NCBI RefSeq assembly: GCF_006345805.1
Contig: NC_043005.1
Coordinates: forward strand, 17,546,001 to 17,610,000
DNA: 64,000 bases
DNA from: Octopus sinensis
Taxonomy: Eukaryota
Direction: 5' to 3'
The translations under genes were made by a program, and so were the position numbers. Shown one piece after another: positions 37,800 to 49,454 of this stretch (position 1 is the stretch's first letter; the number at the start of each line of letters is the position of its first letter). The notes under the pieces are model-generated. The model did no database searches. It had not been told where the DNA came from and saw only the letters and a program-made list of their open reading frames with translations.

Positions 37800-39266
37800 T
37801 TATGTTCTGAGCTCAAATTCCACCATGGCCAACTTTGCCTTTCACCCTTTCACTAAAACATACGAGTCAAGTACAGAGGTCAATGTAATCAACTAAATGT
37901 AATCAACTGGGGTCAATGTAATCAATTAACCGTCTCCTACTAAAAGAGCTGGCCTGGTACTAAAATTAAAAGGAATCTCTTCTAGTTCCTTACATTTTGA
38001 GTTCCAATACCACCAAGGTTGACTTAGCCTTTCATCTTCACAGGATTGATAAAATAAGTATCAGTTAAGCAGTTGGGCTGATGTAATTGACTAACCCCAA
38101 CCCTCACTGAAATTGCTGGCCTTGTGCCAAAATCTAAAGTCATTATTATTGTTGTTGTTGTTCAAGGTGATTGACTGGCAGGATCGTTAGCGAGCTGGAA
38201 GAAATGCTTAGCAGTATTTCCCCCATCGTTATGTTCTGCATTCAAATTCCGCTGAGGTCGACTTTGCCTTTCATCCTTTCGGGGTCAATTAAATAAGTAC
38301 CAGTTACGCACTGAAATCGATGTAATCGACTTAATCCCTTCCCCCAAATTTGAGGCCTTGTCCTTCCAGGAGAAAGACTTATTATTAATATTATTATTAT
38401 CATTATTATTATATTATTATTATTATTATTATTATTACCCCCACCTTAGGAAAGGCAGAGGTATTGTTTTCAGTTTGTTTGTCTGTGGACAAGATATCTC
38501 AAGAACCGCTGAATGGATCCAGGTGAAACTTTCAGGGATGTTTGGCCTCGTGACTCGCACAAACTGATTAGATTTGGGGATTGATCTGGTACTGGACAAG
38601 GATTCTGGATTTTTACTTAATTTCTGAGAGTGGTCAGATTAATTTTTAGTATTCTTGTTTGTGAGAGCAGTCAAGTTTATTTAAGATATTCTCATTTTAA
38701 AAATCATCTCCAGCTAATCATTGAGAGGACATTGGTGTTGCCTTGGTGGAAGTTTGCACTCTGAGTGCTCCTGTTGTTATTATTATTATTATTGGGGCAG
38801 CCCTCATAGGCAGTGAATTGCCAGAACTGTTAGCATGCTGGACAAAATGGCTCAGTGGCATTTAATACGTCTAATGTTCTGAGTTCAAATCCTGCCATGG
38901 TCAACTTAGCCATTTATTATTTTATTTTTTTTGGGGGGGGGGTCGATGAAATAAGTACTAGCCAAGCACTGTCGTCAATGTAATCAACCAGCCTCGTCCC
39001 TGCCAAATCTCAGGCCTTGTGTTTATAGTAGAAAGGATTATTATTCTTTTCTTTTCTACTCTAGACACAAGGCCCTAAATTTTGGGGGAGGTGGTGGCAG
39101 TCAATTAGATCGACCCCAGTATGCAGCTGGCACATAATTTATCAACCCTGAAAGGATGAAAGACAAAGTCGACCTTGGCAGAATTTGAACTTAGAACGTA
39201 AAGACAGACGAAATACCGCTCAGCATTTCACCCGGTGTGCTAATGTTTCAGCCAGCTCGACGCCTT
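37800..39266. mobile_element. Cluster of about 5 diverged SINE family 1 copies and variants in both orientations
   Basis: GAGTTCAAATT/TTTCATCCTTTC/GTCGATGTAATC blocks at about 37810, 38000, 38165, 38810 (+) and 39050-39266 (-). Confidence 0.7.
38432..38775 (+). mobile_element. HINE / non-autonomous Helentron-like element
   Basis: TTATTACCCCCACCTTAGG start, subterminal inverted CCTTGGTGGAAGT, 3' hairpin GCACT-CTG-AGTGC; sits in (TAT)n. Confidence 0.55.
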
Positions 39267-39519
39267 AGAAAGATTATCATTAAGACGGTAGATTAAAAGA
39301 AACATTAGAACATTGGATAAAACACATTGTGCTATTTGTTCTGGTTGTTTACATTCTGAATTCCAATCGTACTGAGGTAAGTATCTGTCAGTGAATATTT
39401 TGTGTGTGTGTGTGTGGTGTGTGTGTGTGTGGTGTGTGTGTGTGTGAGTATACATATAGGGCAACAGATTCCAATCTTAAAAAGGCAGCTTGTGGCTGTG
39501 TGGTAAGAAGCAGGGATTA

Positions 39520-39715
39520 AGGTAGGCACAGGTCATCAGCCCACATCGATCATGTCCCTGCCCTTTGTACACACCGCCCATCGCTACTACCGATCGAACA
39601 GTCCAGTGAGGTCCTCGAATCTGGCCGACGAGTCCGCTTACGCACAGCGGTGTGCAGTGCCATCATCAGCATGTTCTGTGATGGCCCGGAGAAGACGACC
39701 GAACCTGATCGCTTA
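39520..39715 (+). pseudogene. 18S rRNA 3'-region fragment (helix 44 area), non-functional retrocopy
   Basis: GTCCCTGCCCTTTGTACACACCGCCCATCGCTACTACCGAT is the universal SSU motif, followed by AGTGAGG and GAGAAGACGACCGAAC. Many differences from the SSU consensus are CpG to TpG/CpA. Confidence 0.9.
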
Positions 39716-39722
39716 AAAATAT

Positions 39723-39953
39723 AAGGTGGTGGGCAGGCAGAAATGTTAGCACGCTGAGCGAAATGCTTAATGGTATTTCGCCTGCTATTATGTTCTGAGT
39801 TCAAATTGTGCCGAGGTTGACTCTGTCTTTCATCCTTTCGGTGTCAATAAATTAAGTACCAGTTGTGCACTGGAGTCGATGTAATCAACTTAATCCCTTT
39901 TTCTGTCCTTGTTTGTCCCCTCTATGTTTAGCCCCTTGCGGGCAATAAAGAAA
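39723..39953 (+). mobile_element. SINE family 1 fused downstream of the 18S fragment
   Basis: Family match. Confidence 0.85.
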
Positions 39954-40554
39954 TAAGAAGTTTGCTTCCCAACCACATGGTTCTAGGTTCAGTATCGTTG
40001 CATGCCTTGAGCAGGTATCTTCTAGTATAGCCACAGGACGACCAAAGCCTTGTGAGTGGATTTTGCAGACAGAATCAGAAAGTAGCCCACTATCTGTCTA
40101 ATTTTTCTGTCTGTATGTCTGTGTTTCTCTCCCAACACTGTTGACAACTGGTGCTAGTGTGTTTTATGTCCCTGTAACTTAGCAGTTCAATAAAAGAAAC
40201 CGATTGAATAAATACCAGGCTTAAAAAAACAAAAAAAGAGTCCTGGTGTAGATTTGTTTGACTGAAATTCGTCAAGACACTACCATAACAGAGCCACAGT
40301 CTAATGACAGAAACAATCAAAAGAAAATTAAAGTTGTGTATTTAAGTTGTTGAAATACTCAACCATGTATATAATTCTCTTTTATCTCTTGCTTTTTTCA
40401 GCTGTTGGACTGCGGCCATACTGTCAAGCAGTGCAGTGGGTGAGACAGAGACACAAATACATATTCATAGAGATGTGAAAGAGAATCGTGATGTCATGGG
40501 AGAGAAATGTGTCCGCATGGATGATGGCTCACTTGCATTTAATGAGTGATTTTA

Positions 40555-41135
40555 CTTAGCTTGATGTGCCTTATCAAGTACAGCAAATCGCCACATCTCC
40601 CAGTCCCTTGTCATTTCCTCAGTGAGGCCCAGTATCCAAAGATCCTTTCTCACCACCTCATCACATGTATTCCCGGGTCTACTCCTTCCAGAGGTACTCT
40701 CCACAATTAGAACTCAGCACTTCTTCATGCAGCTGTTCTCATCCATACACATCACATGACCAAACCACCAGTCTTCTCTCTTGCACACATCTGATGCCCC
40801 TTATATTCAGTATTCCTCTTAAATCATTTGCACTCAGTTGTGCATGCACACTGACATTACCTGTACAGCAGAGCATGCTAGCTTCATTTCTTTCAAGCCT
40901 TCACAAGTCCCCTGTGGCCAAAGCTCACATTTCACTTTCATGTACAGCATACCTGTACATAAACACACATCATACAATCTGCCTTTCACTCTGAAGGAGA
41001 GGCCCTTAATTATCAACAAAACTAGAAGCTCTCTGAACTTTGCCCAGCCTGTTCTTATCCTAGCAACTTCGGAACTCCCTCCCCCACTGCCAACTTGGTT
41101 CCCTTGGTAACAGAAGTTATCTATTACTTTTAATG
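40555..41135 (-). mobile_element. Degenerate RTE LINE ORF2 C-terminus
   Basis: IIKGLSFRVKGRLYDVC..., homologous to 36575-37050. Confidence 0.8.
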
Positions 41136-42109
41136 ATCCACCTGAGTATTTGAGGGAGCCTATTGTCTATGTATTTTTATAGCTTATTGTACCTGCACAT
41201 TTGCCATGCACAAATACTTCGTTAATCTTCCTTTGATAGCACTGCTCTTCTTATGCGTCCAGAGCTTGGACTGGGTACAACATATGGAGAATCTACAAAC
41301 ACCCTTCTTACATATTGAGTAGGGTCATCTCCCAGAAGGGACTTATGATTTATCTGTTTTCCTACAGACTAAGACATTGGTTTTTGCTAAATTATTATTA
41401 TTATTATTAATTATTACTATTATTATCCCCATTCACAGTTCCACCACTATCAGAAGTGATGCTAACTATATCATGGTTTTACATTAATTATAGTGTTAGG
41501 GTTAGAGGTGTGACTTTGACCCTCTTTTTGTTTTTTTTATTCTTTTGTTTTTTGTTTTTTTTTCATTCCCCAAAAGAAAAGCTCTACCTTGTAACTTGTC
41601 CCATCTGTGTGCAGCCCTGTGTGGCCAATAAAGAAACTTATTTGGGTCAATGTCAGTACCACCACTGCTGTGATCTATATCATTATATTTATTTTGACTG
41701 TTCTGCTTAAAGGTGTTAATTAAGTAGTAGGTGTTAAGCTTTTGTTTATTAGATGAGGCTACAATAGATTCCATATTAGGCAGAGAGAAATGGTGTAATT
41801 TTAGGGAAGATCAAATGGAAAGTTAGAGTCTACAATAGCAAAGAAGGTTTTGGCTAAGCCCTTAACATTTATATATATCCATAGGAAATAGTGGCACAAC
41901 AAGATACCAATTTTTGCTGGAAATAGCAGTTGATAACCGTTTGACGCTAGGAAAAAGCTTCACTGAATGTATAGAGGCAAAATGTTTGTGGGCAATATAA
42001 TATAAAAACTTTTCGTCTTACCTCTACGGTGCTTTACTTTGCTGGAAAATAATATTATTGTATTGTAATAATATTCATATTTATATATATATATATATAT
42101 GTCAATATA

Positions 42110-42390
42110 TTATCATCCTTATACAGCTCTATATTAAAGAGATGTGAAATTATGTACATTATTTACATTTGACGGATATTTGTCCTCATCTTGTTTGTTG
42201 TTAACACATTTCGGCTGATATACCCTCCAGCCTTCATCGGGTATTTTGGGGAAATTTCGAACCTGGGTTCTCATTCCTAAGGAATTTTTCAATGTTATTA
42301 TTAATATTATTATTATTCATGTCACTGCTTGGAATCGAACTCTGAATCTTGGGGTTAGTAGCCCGCACTCGTAACCACTATGCCATATGC
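42110..42390 (-). mobile_element. tRNA-headed short element carrying a hammerhead-like core
   Basis: A-box TGGCATAGTGG (42385-42375), B-box GTTCGATTCC (42340-42331), (AAT)n spacer, then CCGATGA-A-GGCTG[10 nt]CAGCC-GAAA (42240-42209). Confidence 0.55.
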
Positions 42391-42599
42391 TGCCCACTTT
42401 TCCATGCTTGCATGATTTTCTGCAGCTAGATGCCTTTTCTATCACCAATCTCCACTGTTCCTAAACAAATTAATATTTCCCAAAGGCTGAACATGTTTTC
42501 ATGGACGACTGGAAACAAACCACCCAACTAATATGATGATGACACTCATTCAATCCCATGTTTCCTTATGTGGCCCCCACACCTGAAAGGACAAGCCTG

Positions 42600-42790
42600 G
42601 GTGTATGGAAGGCAGTGATTTTACTTAGCTTGATGTGCCTTATCAAGTACAGCAAAGCACCACATTTCCTTGTCCCTTGCCATTTCTTCAGTGAGGCCCA
42701 GCGTCCGAAGATCCTTTCTCACCACTTCGTCCTACATCTTACTGAGTCTATCTTTTCCCCCAGGTACCCTCCACAATTAGAGCTTGGCAC
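42600..42790 (-). mobile_element. RTE LINE end fragment
   Basis: Matches 40555-40720. Confidence 0.7.
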
Positions 42791-42964
42791 TATGTCTGGT
42801 GAGGCCAAAAAGAAAAACAGAACTCAAATCATGAGTACATAGATATTATTTTCTCAATATTTAGAAGTAACAGAGTGACTCAAGGGCCAGGAGTTTCGTG
42901 CACTGAGTAGCAATGCACAAACCTCTCAGCTCGAGTCACTCTGTTGCGACTGCTAAGTATATAT

Positions 42965-43360
42965 ACTCTTTTACTTGTTTCAGTCATTTGACTGCAGCCA
43001 TGCTGGAGCACTGCCTTTAATCGAGCAACTCGACCCCGGAACTTATTCTTTTGTAAGCCTAGTACTTATTCTATCGGTCTCTTTTGCCGAACCGCTAAGT
43101 AACGGGGACATAAACACACCAGCATCGGTTGTCAAGCAATGCTAGGGGGACAAACACAGACACACAAACACACACACACATATATATATATATACATATA
43201 TACGACGGGCTTCTTTCAGTTTCTGTCTACCAAATCCACTCACAAGGCTTTGGTCGGCCCGAGGCTATAGTAGAAGACACTTGCCCAAGGTGCCACGCAG
43301 TGGGACTGAACCCGGAACCATGTGGTTGGTAAGCAAGCTACTTACCACACAGCCACTCCT
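42965..43360 (-). mobile_element. SINE family 2, full length and young
   Basis: Family match, CpGs largely intact. Confidence 0.88.
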
Positions 43361-43477
43361 GCTGGAAAATAATATTGTATTGTAATAATATTCATATTTA
43401 TATATATATATATATATGTCAATATATTATCATCCTTATACAGCTCTATATTAAAGAGATGTGAAATTATGTATATG

Positions 43478-43680
43478 TATATATAAAGGGAAAGTTTACG
43501 AAAATAAACGAAAGACGAAGGCAGGTGGTGTACAAACAAACAAATGTATTAGTATGGCGCTCAGGAATAGAAAAAGTCTTTTACATTTCGAGCCTACGCT
43601 CTTCTACAGAAAGATACACAGAAAAGAAACAACGAGAGAAAAAAAATGCGTGTAGTAGCTAATGATCTATCATGGCGTAT
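43478..43680 (-). mobile_element. Hammerhead-motif short element, copy 2 (motif 43577-43614)
   Basis: Reverse complement TCTTT-CTGTAGA-A-GAGC GTAG GCTC-GAAA-TGTA-AAAGA. Confidence 0.6.
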
Positions 43681-44139
43681 ATATTTCTTTATTGCCAACA
43701 GGGGGCTACACATAGAGGGGACAAACAAGGACAAAGGGATTAAGTCAATTACATCGACCCCAGTTTTGTACTTATTTTGAAAAGAGAAGGGACACTTTAG
43801 ATAAAATAATCCGATATGCAAAGCTTACAAAAAGGAAAGAAATGTCACAGTGGGAACACTTTTGATCATAAGTTGACCTTGGGTTAAACAATATGTGTAT
43901 ATCATCATCGTTTAACGTTCACTATTCCTTTTCTACTCTAGGCACAAGGCCTGAAATTTTGAGGGAGGGGGCCAGCCGATTAGATCGACCCCAGTACGCA
44001 ACTGATTCTTAATTTATCAACCCTGAAAGGATGAAAGGCAAAGTCGACCTCGGCAGAATTTGAACTCAGAACATAACAGCAAACAAAATACCGCTAAGCA
44101 TTTCACCTGGCATGCTAACATTTCTGCCAGCTCACATAT

Positions 44140-44480
44140 ATATGTCATCATCATTTAGTGGTTGATGTCCATGCTGGCAAGGGTTGGATGGTTTGACCAG
44201 GGCTGGTAAGCTGGAAGGCTGCACTGCACCAGACTCCAGTCTGATTTGGCATGGTTTCTACAGCTGGATGCCCTTCCTAACACCAACCACTCCAAGAGTG
44301 TAATGGGTGCTTTTATGTGCCACCAGCACAGATACCATTTCCATGACACTAGTATCTGCCACGATTGCGATTTTGCTCAGCTTGATGGGTCTTCTTCTCA
44401 AATATGACATAATGCCAAAGGTCTTAGTCATTGCCTCCATAAGGCCCAACACTCAAAAAGAACTCAGCCACTTTGCCTCC
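44140..44480 (-). mobile_element. RTE 3' tail copy
   Basis: Family match. Confidence 0.7.
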
Positions 44481-44499
44481 ATGAGGCCCAATGCTTGAC

Positions 44500-44945
44500 A
44501 GGAACTCAGTTATACCATTCGAGTGTGATCGTTGCCAGTGCTGCATGACTGGCTCCCGTACCAATGGCACAGAGAAGGCACCATTTGAGTGTGGTCAATG
44601 CCAATGCCAGCTACCTGGTCCCGTGAAGGTGGCATGTAAAAAGCACCATTTGAGCGTGGTTGTTGCCAGTGCAACCTGACTGGCTCCCATGCCGGTTGCA
44701 TGTAAACAGCATCATTCAAGCGTGGCCGATGCCAGTACCACCTGATTGGTCCTCGTGCCGGTGGCACATAAAAAGCACCCACTACACTCTCGGAGTGGTT
44801 AGCATTAGGAAGGGCATCAAGCTGTAGAAACATTGCCAAATCAGATTGGAGCCTGGTGCAGTCCCCTGGCTCGCCAGACCTCAGTCAAACCATCCAACCC
44901 ATGCCAGCATGGAAAGTGGACATTAAACGACAACAATGATGATGA
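44500..44945 (+). mobile_element. RTE 3' tail with about 5 subrepeats
   Basis: Family match. Confidence 0.8.
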
Positions 44946-45051
44946 TATCAGTGCTCCAGTATTGCCACAGTCAAATGACTAAAACAAGAGAAAGAATAAA
45001 AGAATATATAAATATGTCTGTGAGTATACATACATGATACATATGCATATA

Positions 45052-45084
<33 letters not shown>

Positions 45085-45104
45085 GCATGTATATATATAT
45101 ATAT

Positions 45105-45290
45105 ATATATATAGTTGAACTTTACAGAAAAATAAAAGATAAAGACAGGTGTATAAACAACAAGCAGGTGTATTAGTTTGATGCAAGGGAAAGTGAGAAA
45201 GCCTTTCATGTTTTGAGCCTATGCTCTTCAGCAGAAAGGAATATGAGGAAATAAACAGTGAGAGAATGAAAAAACTTGTGTATTTAGCCA
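45105..45290 (-). mobile_element. Hammerhead-motif short element, copy 3, decayed (motif 45202-45239)
   Basis: Reverse complement CCTTT-CTGCTGA-A-GAGC ATAG GCTC-AAAA-CATG-AAAGG. Confidence 0.55.
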
Positions 45291-45810
45291 TCAATCACAC
45301 ACACACACACATATATATATGGGTGGGCAGGTGTGTATACAAGTAGTATGTATAAATACACATATATCAGATTTTGGTGCATCAAACCCTGATTCTGGAA
45401 ATGTAATTCAAGGAAAAAATTTTTTATACTAACCAAAACCCAATGCACGTGAAATGGTTACATGCTAAATGCCTGCAACTCGACAAAATTGAACAAATCA
45501 GCAGTTGTGCTTATGTTCATCAATGAGTGAAATCACCAGACAATGGCCACCTACCTTGTGGTCAGTCGCTGACCATTATTACAGTATACAACACTACGTT
45601 GTTTGCTTTACCTGTCCTGTAATTATTCTTGCAATACACCGTGGCAGTCATACCACATCTTGTTGCTACTGACCACCTATCAGCTAACTGGTACCAACAA
45701 CTGCTACCAATCATCCAGTGTGTACAACACAGGGTCCTGCTTAATTGTGTGGTCAAGCTTTAACCAACACCAATCATCAATTTTTTTAAAAACTGGACAT
45801 CTTTAATATA

Positions 45811-46042
45811 TATTTCTTTACTACCCACAAGGGGCTAAACACAGAGGGGATAAACAAGGACAGGCAAAGGGATTAAGTCGATTACATCGACCCCAGTGCG
45901 TAACTGGTACTTAATTTATCGACCCCAAAAGGATGAAAGGCAAAGTCGACCTCGGTGGAATTTGAACTCAGAACGTAACGGCAGATGAAATACCGCTAAG
46001 CATTTCGCCCGCGTGCTAACGTTTCTGCCAGCTCACCGCCTT
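45811..46042 (-). mobile_element. SINE family 1, full length
   Basis: Family match. Confidence 0.88.
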
Positions 46043-46139
46043 AATATAATACATCTTTAATATAATACTCTGTTTCTATGTAAATGGGTTGTTGTGTTTT
46101 TGACAGTAATGAAAAATATTTTCCATAAAATCAAAATCG

Positions 46140-46600
46140 CTGACGTGGCTGATGACAGCACTGCCTGATTGGCATTCGTGCCAGTGGAATGTTAAGAGCA
46201 CCATCCGAGCATGATTGCTGCCAGGGTCACTCCTGTGCCAGTGGCACGTGCAAAGCACCATTCAAGTATGATCATTGCCAGTGTCGTCTTACCGGTATGT
46301 GAAAAACACCATTCAAGCGTGGTCATTGCCAGCACTGCCAGACTGGCTCCCATGCAGGTAACACATAAAAAACACCTTTTGAGCATGGTCATTGCCAGAA
46401 CTGCCTGCCAGGCCCTCATGCCAGTGTCATGTAAAAGCACCCACTACACTCTCGGAGTGGTTGGCGTTAGGAAGGGCATCCAGCTGTAGAAACATTGTCA
46501 GATCAGATTGAGCCTGGTGCAGCCTCCGGCTCACCAGTCCTCAGTCAAACCGTCCAACCCATGCCAGCATGGAAAGCGGACATTAAATGATGATGATGAT
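46140..46600 (+). mobile_element. RTE 3' tail with about 5 subrepeats
   Basis: Family match. Confidence 0.8.
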
Positions 46601-47124
46601 AAGTAGAAGTATGGCCATTTTGCTGATATTTAATAAAGATTACACATTTGTTTTTCACAATTTTTAATTCTTTCACTTACTTCCTCTACTGGCAAATCAT
46701 CTCAGTAGGTGGTGATCTAAAATTTCTCACTGCTATCCCGTTTCCATGTTCTTTGGCATACTGCCACTTCATAACATTTTACAGGGTAGCATGGAAAGCG
46801 GACGTTAAATGATGATGATGATTACCAGCATAATGGTAATAGTCCACCAATCTCAGTCAGAGTGACATACAAATCAAAGCTACACCTCAACAACATCAAT
46901 TTCAAAATTAGAGAAGCCTGCACGGGAATGACATAAATGCTAGGACAGGGAGCTAGTAGAATTAGGATGGTGGCAAGGGAGTAGATATGTCGAGTGTTCT
47001 GTGACTCATTAGGTCAGGTATAGTCCAGATAAATCTCATCAAGCAAACGAAGACATTCTTGTCTTTTGTGGTATCTAGAATGACATTATCTAATGTGACC
47101 ACCCCTTTTTTTAACGATATATAT

Positions 47125-47445
47125 TGTAAGGGTAAAGACCCCCTTGGTCTTGAATGACCATGGGATGCCACCTAGAAAGTTCCCCTTCAAGGTACAAGTC
47201 TGGGCAAGGTTTTGTATGGAAGACCAGCAGCCGCCCATGCATACCAGCTTCCCCTCTCCATGTTACTAATGTTATCCAAGGGAAAAGCAAAGGCTGATAC
47301 AGCTTGGCACCAGTGATGACATTGCAACTCATTTCTACAGCTGAGTGAACTGGAGCAACATGAAATAAAATGAACACAGAGACCAGTCTGGGAATCAAAC
47401 TCATTACCTTGTGACTGCAAGCTCAATGCTCTAAACACTGAGCCA
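47125..47445 (-). mobile_element. Third tRNA-derived SINE family
   Basis: Minus-strand head GGCTCAGTGTTTAGAGC...GAGTTTGATTCCC, body containing TCCAGTTCACTCAGCTGTAGAAATGAG. Confidence 0.55.
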
Positions 47446-47829
47446 TAATGTTTCCTTTTCTTATTTAAGGCTAGATGTAATGAGTAAAATTCAGTTGTTA
47501 TTTCCAGCAAGTAATGAGGTCATATAAAGGCTCCAAAGATCTCTATATTAGGTTGTGAAGAAAGGTAATGAGCTGACAGAATTACTGCCACACCAGACAG
47601 AATGCTTTGTGGAGTTCAATCCATCTTTAGGTTCTGAATTCAAATATTGTTATGGTCAGCTTTGCCATTCATCTTTTTGGTGTCGATAAATAAATACCGG
47701 GCAAGTACTAGGATCGAGTCAATGTAATCACTAGTGTATTCACAATGTAATCACTAGCTAGAGAAAGTGCTGCCCATGGTGGCCCTTCCATTTGCTGTCC
47801 CCCACCCCCGGACCCCACAAAAACCATGT

Positions 47830-48058
47830 ATTTATTTCTTTATTGCCCACAAGCGGCTAAACATAGAGGGGACAAACAAGGACAAAGGGATTAAGTCAAT
47901 TACATCAACCCCAGTACATAACTGGTACTTATTTAATTGACCCCGAAAGGATGAACGGCAAAGCTGACCTTGGCAGAACTTGAACTCAGAACGTCAAGAC
48001 AGATGAAATACTGCTAAGCATTTTGCCAGGCGTGCTAACATTTCTGCCAGCTCGCTGC
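47830..48058 (-). mobile_element. SINE family 1
   Basis: Family match. Confidence 0.8.
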
Positions 48059-48834
48059 AATAGCCTACAACAGAATGAAAAGTGTCACCCGGGGTGGACA
48101 GCCCCTACCGCCCCCTGGCTAGTGATCGACTTCCCCTAAGATTTGAAACCATATTTGGTTGTGAAGATATTGAGCCAGTGGATCTTGGATTGAGATTAGG
48201 ACATGTCAGTAACTAAGAGATTTGACTCTCAACAACACCGTCATCTCCAGCTGCAAGTTGTGCCAGAGGTAGTGTGTATACAACCCACCACTGTAAGCCA
48301 TGGTGACAGTATGAAATTAAGTGGTTCATGCATTTACAGTCCAGAGTTCAAGTTCTCTAGCAGCTAGAAAAGAAATACAGAATATATAATACCAAGCTGT
48401 TGGGTATCAACCTTTTATCTCAGTAGGAGATTCATCTCCCATAACCCAGATAAACTTATCCCAAGGATTCTGGCAATTTGTCTGATAATGCACACCTTGA
48501 ACATCCAACCAGCTGTGGCCATGCTGGGGCATCATCATGGTTATAGCTTCCTAAAATGTCTAACTTCAGTCAGCACTACAAGGTCGCTCTGCATCATGAA
48601 TTCTGAGCTAACTGGAGGGTGCTCTAAGTGGTCACTCAAGCAGCAGGAAATAGCAACCAAATCTCCCTCAAGTTACATTTGACTATTTTGAAAAGAGAAG
48701 GGACACTTTGGATAATATAATAATCATAGATATGCAAAGCTTAAAAAAAGGTTAGAAATGTCACACTTTTGATCATAAGTTGACCTTGGGTTAAACAACA
48801 TGCATATATCATCATCGTTTTGATGTTCATTATT

Positions 48835-49235
48835 CCTTTTCTACTCTAGGCACAAGTCCTGAAATTTTAGGGGAGTGGGGCCAGTCGATTAGATCGACCC
48901 CAGTAAGCAACCGATTCTTAATTTATCGACCCCGAAAGGATGAAAAGCAAAGTCAATCTCAGCAAAATTTGAACTCAGAACATACAGACAGATGAAATAC
49001 CTATTTCTTTACTAGCCACAAGGGGCTAAATATAGAGGGGACAAACAAGGACAGACAAAGGGGTTAAGTGAATTACATCGACTCCAGTGTGTAACTGGTA
49101 CTTAATTTATCGACTCTGAAAGGATGAAAGGCAAAGTCAACCTCAGTAGAATTTGAACACAGAACATAAAGACAGATGAAATACCGCTAAGCATTTCGCC
49201 CAGCCTGATAAGGTTTCTGCCAGCTCACCACCTTA
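48835..49235 (-). mobile_element. Two SINE family 1 copies fused in tandem
   Basis: Junction GAAATAC|CTATTTCTTT at about 49000. Confidence 0.75.
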
Positions 49236-49454
49236 CTACTGTATATAATCCCACTGCTATTGTACATATGGATATTGATGCTGCATATAATAATACTGTA
49301 ACTATATTATAACACTGCAACTATTCATAATTGATTGTCCACTTACATGTTACAGCACTCCCACTTTATCGAATGACTGCTACTATATATAAAACAGCAC
49401 TGCCACGTTGTATAAGGGTACCGTGAGTGCATAGAATGACACTACTGCCATATA

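Larger units (their letters stand above)
39492..40320 (+). mobile_element. SINE family 2 interrupted in its head by a 443-bp insertion
   Basis: GTGGCTGTGTGGTAAGAAG| insertion |TTTGCTTCCCAACCACATGG; TAAGAAG duplicated at 39504-39510 and 39954-39960. Confidence 0.8.

Noticed and set aside
39520-39715. Functional rRNA gene or contaminant contig
   Set aside because: Only about 195 nt, mutated, and embedded between host SINE halves with a TSD.
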